A DNA stretch of 18,440 nucleotides from a virus (lineage: Duplodnaviria; Heunggongvirae; Uroviricota; Caudoviricetes): the IMG/VR virus record IMGVR_UViG_2671180755_000028, one strand, 5' to 3'. Under the pieces are notes generated by a model that was given only the letters and a program-made list of their open reading frames with translations, did not search any database and was not told where the DNA came from. This document shows positions 15,527 through 18,440 of the stretch, in pieces; position 1 is the stretch's first letter; each line of letters begins with the position of its first letter. A program made the translations under genes and the position numbers.

Positions 15527-15794
15527 ATGAAAACCATCTCCGTGGAGTCCCTCTCCATAATTTCATTTAGTAATATACCTGTGGTGACTACAGAGCTTCT
15601 TGCCAGCTTATATGGCACAGAACCAGATTACATCCGAAAAAATTTCAATCGGAATTCTGGACGATTTGTTATCGGTAAGCACTACTTTTTACTTGAGAAT
15701 GAGGAGTTGCGCGAATTTAAGCACAGCATGTCTTTAAGACCTTCTGTGAAAATCGCCCGTAACGTTCGCTCCCTCATCCTCTGGACAGAACGCG
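15527..15794 (+). CDS. ORF6N-domain antirepressor-like protein, copy B, 3' end truncated at the NN join
   Basis: MKTISVESLSIISFSNIPVVTTELLASLYGTEPDYIRKNFNRNSGRFVIGKHYFLLENEELREFKH..., parallel to copies A and C. Confidence 0.55.
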
Positions 15795-15796
15795 NN

Positions 15797-16481
15797 GATT
15801 CCTGTTATTACCACCGAACTTTTGGCGCAGCTTTACGGCACTGAGCCGGTGCGTATTCGCCAGAATCATCATGAGAACAAAGTACGCTTCGTTGAAGGGA
15901 AACACTTTTTCAAAGTTGTTGGTAATGACCTTAAAGAATTGCGGGTAGCTTTAAACTACTCACAAAATTTGCGGGTTACTTTAAGTAACTCACAAAATTT
16001 GCAACCATCTTTAAGAGGGTTACAAATTTCCCCGAAAGCCCGCTCCCTCATCCTCTGGACAGAACGCGGCGCAGCCCGTCACGCAAAAATGCTCGAAACC
16101 GATCGGGCGTGGGAAGTGTTCGAAAAACTGGAAGACTGCTATTTCAGCCAGTGCGAGAAAAATACTGGCAAACAAGAGAAGAAGCTCAACGGGCTTTCCG
16201 CAAAAGAAACAGACAGCCTTGTATGGCTGTGGGATTATGCCAACCGCTCACAGGCATTGTTCCGTGAGTTGTATCCCGCATTAAAACTGATTCAGTCTGG
16301 CTATTCCGGCATATGCCACGACTACGGCTATGAGTTCTCGTATATCATCGGGAGGGCGAGGGGCGTTTTAATTAATCACACGCGGGATATAGATATTTAT
16401 GAGCCTGACGGGCCGACGAACCTTCTGGCATGGGAAAGGCTTAAGAACAAAGAGTTGCCGCCTTCACTGCATCGCTACTGA
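15797..16481 (+). CDS. ORF6N-domain antirepressor-like protein, copy C, 5' end missing at the NN join
   Basis: ...[48 protein letters not shown]..., then a 10-aa tandem repeat, the shared [10 protein letters not shown] block, and a C-terminal domain different from copy A. The track ORF at 15822 starts at TTG. Confidence 0.55.
15941..16030 (+). repeat. Three tandem 30-bp direct repeats inside copy C
   Basis: The units are GCGGGTAGCTTTAAACTACTCACAAAATTT, GCGGGTTACTTTAAGTAACTCACAAAATTT and GCAACCATCTTTAAGAGGGTTACAAATTTC. They encode [20 protein letters not shown] and [10 protein letters not shown]. Confidence 0.6.
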
Positions 16482-16500
16482 CAATTGACAACTTAACAAA

Positions 16501-16525
16501 CCCAGCTTCGGCTGGGTTTTTTATT
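16501..16525 (+). terminator. Intrinsic terminator after ORF6N copy C
   Basis: Stem CCCAGC / GCTGGG with loop TTCG, followed by TTTTTTATT. Confidence 0.6.
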
Positions 16526-16549
16526 GCTGAATTTTCAATGTGAGAGGAC

Positions 16550-17278
16550 ATGACAATGAATGAGCTGATAAATAGCAATGCCATCAAAATGACAAGCATT
16601 GAAATCGCTGAGTTGGTGGGAAGCCAACACGGTAATGTCAGAATATCAATAGAACGTCTGGCAAAGCGTGGGGTGATTCAACTTCCTTCAATGCAAAAAG
16701 TTGAAAATAAACAAACAATTAGCCCTAACAAATTCACAAGCGTGTATATATTCGAAGGCGAACAAGGTAAGCGAGACAGCATTATTGTCGTCGCTCAGTT
16801 GTCGCCGGAATTCACCGCTCGCCTTGTTGACCGCTGGCGAGAACTCGAAGGGGCAACCGCGAAAATACCACAAACCTTTTCTGAGGCATTGCGCCTTGCG
16901 GCCGACCTTGAAGACCAGAAGGCTGAACTGGAGAAACAGCTTGCTCTCGCAGCACCTAAAGTTGAGTTTGCCGATCGAGTTGGCGAGGCCAGCGGAATTT
17001 TGATTGGAAACTTTGCAAAGGTTGTTGGTATTGGTCCAAACAAACGGTTTGCGTGGATGCGCGATCACAAAATCCTTATTGCTTCAGGTGCCCGGCGCAA
17101 TGTGCCAATGCAGGAATATATGGATCGCGGCTATTTCACAGTGAAAGAAACAGCGGTCAATACAAATCACGGAATACAGATATCGTTCACCACAAAAATC
17201 ACCGGGCGTGGTCAACAGTGGCTGACAAGAAAGCTGCTAGATAACGGAATGCTTAAAGTAACAGGGGAGGCTGCTTAA
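16550..17278 (+). CDS. Phage antirepressor with Rha-like N-terminal and KilAC-like C-terminal domains, 242 aa
   Basis: N-terminal [28 protein letters not shown] and C-terminal ...[10 protein letters not shown]...[23 protein letters not shown]...[32 protein letters not shown], a pattern typical of the Rha/Ant family. The true start may be the second ATG at 16556, which has better spacing to GAGAGGA. Confidence 0.75.
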   Translation: MTMNELINSNAIKMTSIEIAELVGSQHGNVRISIERLAKRGVIQLPSMQKVENKQTISPNKFTSVYIFEGEQGKRDSIIVVAQLSPEFTARLVDRWRELEGATAKIPQTFSEALRLAADLEDQKAELEKQLALAAPKVEFADRVGEASGILIGNFAKVVGIGPNKRFAWMRDHKILIASGARRNVPMQEYMDRGYFTVKETAVNTNHGIQISFTTKITGRGQQWLTRKLLDNGMLKVTGEAA

Positions 17279-17883
17279 TGGCTAAACCAGCGCGAAGGAA
17301 ATGCAAAATCTGTAAGGAATGGTTTCACCCGGCATTCTCAAATCAGTGGTGGTGCAGCCCGGAACACGGAACTAAATTAGCACTCGAACGACGAAATAAA
17401 GAACGCGAAAAGGCGGAAAAAACAGCAGAGAAGAAACGACGACGAGAGGAGCAGAAACAGAAAGATAAAATTAAGATTCGAAAACTCGCCTTAAAGCCCC
17501 GCAGTTACTGGATTAAACAAGCCCAACAAGCCGTACACGCCTTCATCAGAGAAAGAGACCGCGACTTACCATGTATCTCGTGCGGAACGCTCACGTCTGC
17601 TCAGTGGGATGCCGGACATTACCGGACAACTGCTGCGGCGCCTCAACTCCGATTTGATGAACGCAATATTCACAAGCAATGCGTGGTGTGCAACCAACAT
17701 AAAAGCGGAAATCTCGTTCCGTATCGCGTCGAACTGATTAACCGCATCGGGCAGGAAGCAGTAGACGAAATCGAATCAAACCATAACCGCCATCGCTGGA
17801 CTGTCGAAGAGTGCAGGGCCATCAAGGCGGAGTATCAACAGAAACTTAAAAAACTGCGAAACAGCAGAAGTGAGGTTGCATGA
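17278..17883 (+). CDS. ninG: NinG (Rap) recombination-promoting endonuclease, 201 aa
   Basis: [48 protein letters not shown]...[48 protein letters not shown]... closely matches lambda NinG as recalled. Confidence 0.9.
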   Translation: MAKPARRKCKICKEWFHPAFSNQWWCSPEHGTKLALERRNKEREKAEKTAEKKRRREEQKQKDKIKIRKLALKPRSYWIKQAQQAVHAFIRERDRDLPCISCGTLTSAQWDAGHYRTTAAAPQLRFDERNIHKQCVVCNQHKSGNLVPYRVELINRIGQEAVDEIESNHNRHRWTVEECRAIKAEYQQKLKKLRNSRSEVA

Positions 17884-18440
17884 ATATCTACGAAAGAATT
17901 GATGGCAGCAAATACCGAAATATTTGGGTAGTTGGCGATCTGCACGGATGCTACACGAACCTGATGAAAAAACTGGAGACGATAGGATTCGACACCAAAA
18001 AAGACCTGCTTATCTCGGTGGGCGATTTGGTTGATCGCGGTACAGAGAACGTAGAATGCCTGGAATTAATCACATTCCCCTGGTTCAGAGCTGTACGTGG
18101 AAACCATGAGCAAATGATGATTGATGGCTTATCAGAGCGTGGAAACGTCAATCACTGGCTGCTTAATGGCGGTGGCTGGTTCTTTAATCTCGATTACGAC
18201 AAAGAAATTCTGGCTAAAGCTCTTGCCCATAAAGCAGATGAACTTCCGTTAATCATCGAACTGGTGAGTAAAGGAAAAAAATATGTCATCTGCCACGCCG
18301 ATTATCCTTGTGATAAATACGAGTTTGGAAAGCCAGTTGATCATCAGCAGGTAATCTGGAACCGCGAACGAATCAGCAACTCACAAGACGGGATCGTGAA
18401 AGAAATCAAAGGCGCGGACACGTTCATCTTTGGTCATACG
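17880..18440 (+). CDS. Lambda-type Ser/Thr protein phosphatase, N-terminal 187 aa; continues beyond the window end
   Basis: Hand translation from the ATG at 17880 gives [64 protein letters not shown]...GNHE..., the metallophosphatase motifs of lambda PPase. It is absent from the ORF track because there is no stop in the window. Confidence 0.9.
   Translation, partial: MNIYERIDGSKYRNIWVVGDLHGCYTNLMKKLETIGFDTKKDLLISVGDLVDRGTENVECLELITFPWFRAVRGNHEQMMIDGLSERGNVNHWLLNGGGWFFNLDYDKEILAKALAHKADELPLIIELVSKGKKYVICHADYPCDKYEFGKPVDHQQVIWNRERISNSQDGIVKEIKGADTFIFGHT

Larger units (their letters stand above)
1..18440. mobile_element. Segment of a lambdoid prophage (int/xis through nin region); neither attachment site is inside the window
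   Basis: Gene order and protein sequences follow the lambda early-left, immunity, replication and nin modules. Mosaic modules (N, cI N-terminal domain, cro, replication genes) differ from lambda. Confidence 0.9.

Noticed and set aside
15941-16030. Tandem 30-bp repeats considered as a possible CRISPR-like or iteron array
   Set aside because: They have no spacers, are only three imperfect copies, and are in frame within a coding sequence. They are a protein-level 10-aa repeat.
16688-17068. Three ORFs inside the antirepressor gene (two on the minus strand, one on the plus strand in another frame)
   Set aside because: They are antisense to or out of frame with the Rha/KilAC antirepressor.
1-18440. 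Searched for attL/attR core, tRNA genes and IS elements
   Set aside because: The att site of lambda-type phages lies beyond int, outside the left edge of the window. No cloverleaf-like tRNA sequence or terminal inverted repeats of an IS were recognised by eye.

Overview
This window is a contiguous piece of a lambdoid (lambda-like) prophage, most likely from an enterobacterial draft assembly, since it contains two runs of N. Reading left to right it carries a frameshifted int and an intact xis, an AT-rich accessory island, the early-left recombination block (exo, bet, gam, kil, cIII, ea10), a P22-gene-24-like N with nutL and pL/oL, a single-gene insert where lambda carries rexAB, a hybrid cI with an XRE-type cro, cII, an O-like initiator with ori iterons, a DnaB-type helicase, and a nin region with a Lar-like protein, NinB, a Dam-like methyltransferase, NinE, ORF6N-domain paralogues, a Rha/KilAC antirepressor, NinG and the start of the lambda-type phosphatase. 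All assignments rest on reading the six-frame translations against lambda and P22 proteins as I recall them; no database search was run. The two best candidates for something undescribed are (a) a 173-aa acidic ORF with its own promoter, a perfect palindrome and flanking terminators in the rexAB slot, and (b) an oppositely oriented AT-rich gene for a multi-pass membrane protein between xis and the early-left genes. Neither has a function I can assign from sequence. No rRNA, tRNA, CRISPR array or IS element was recognised.
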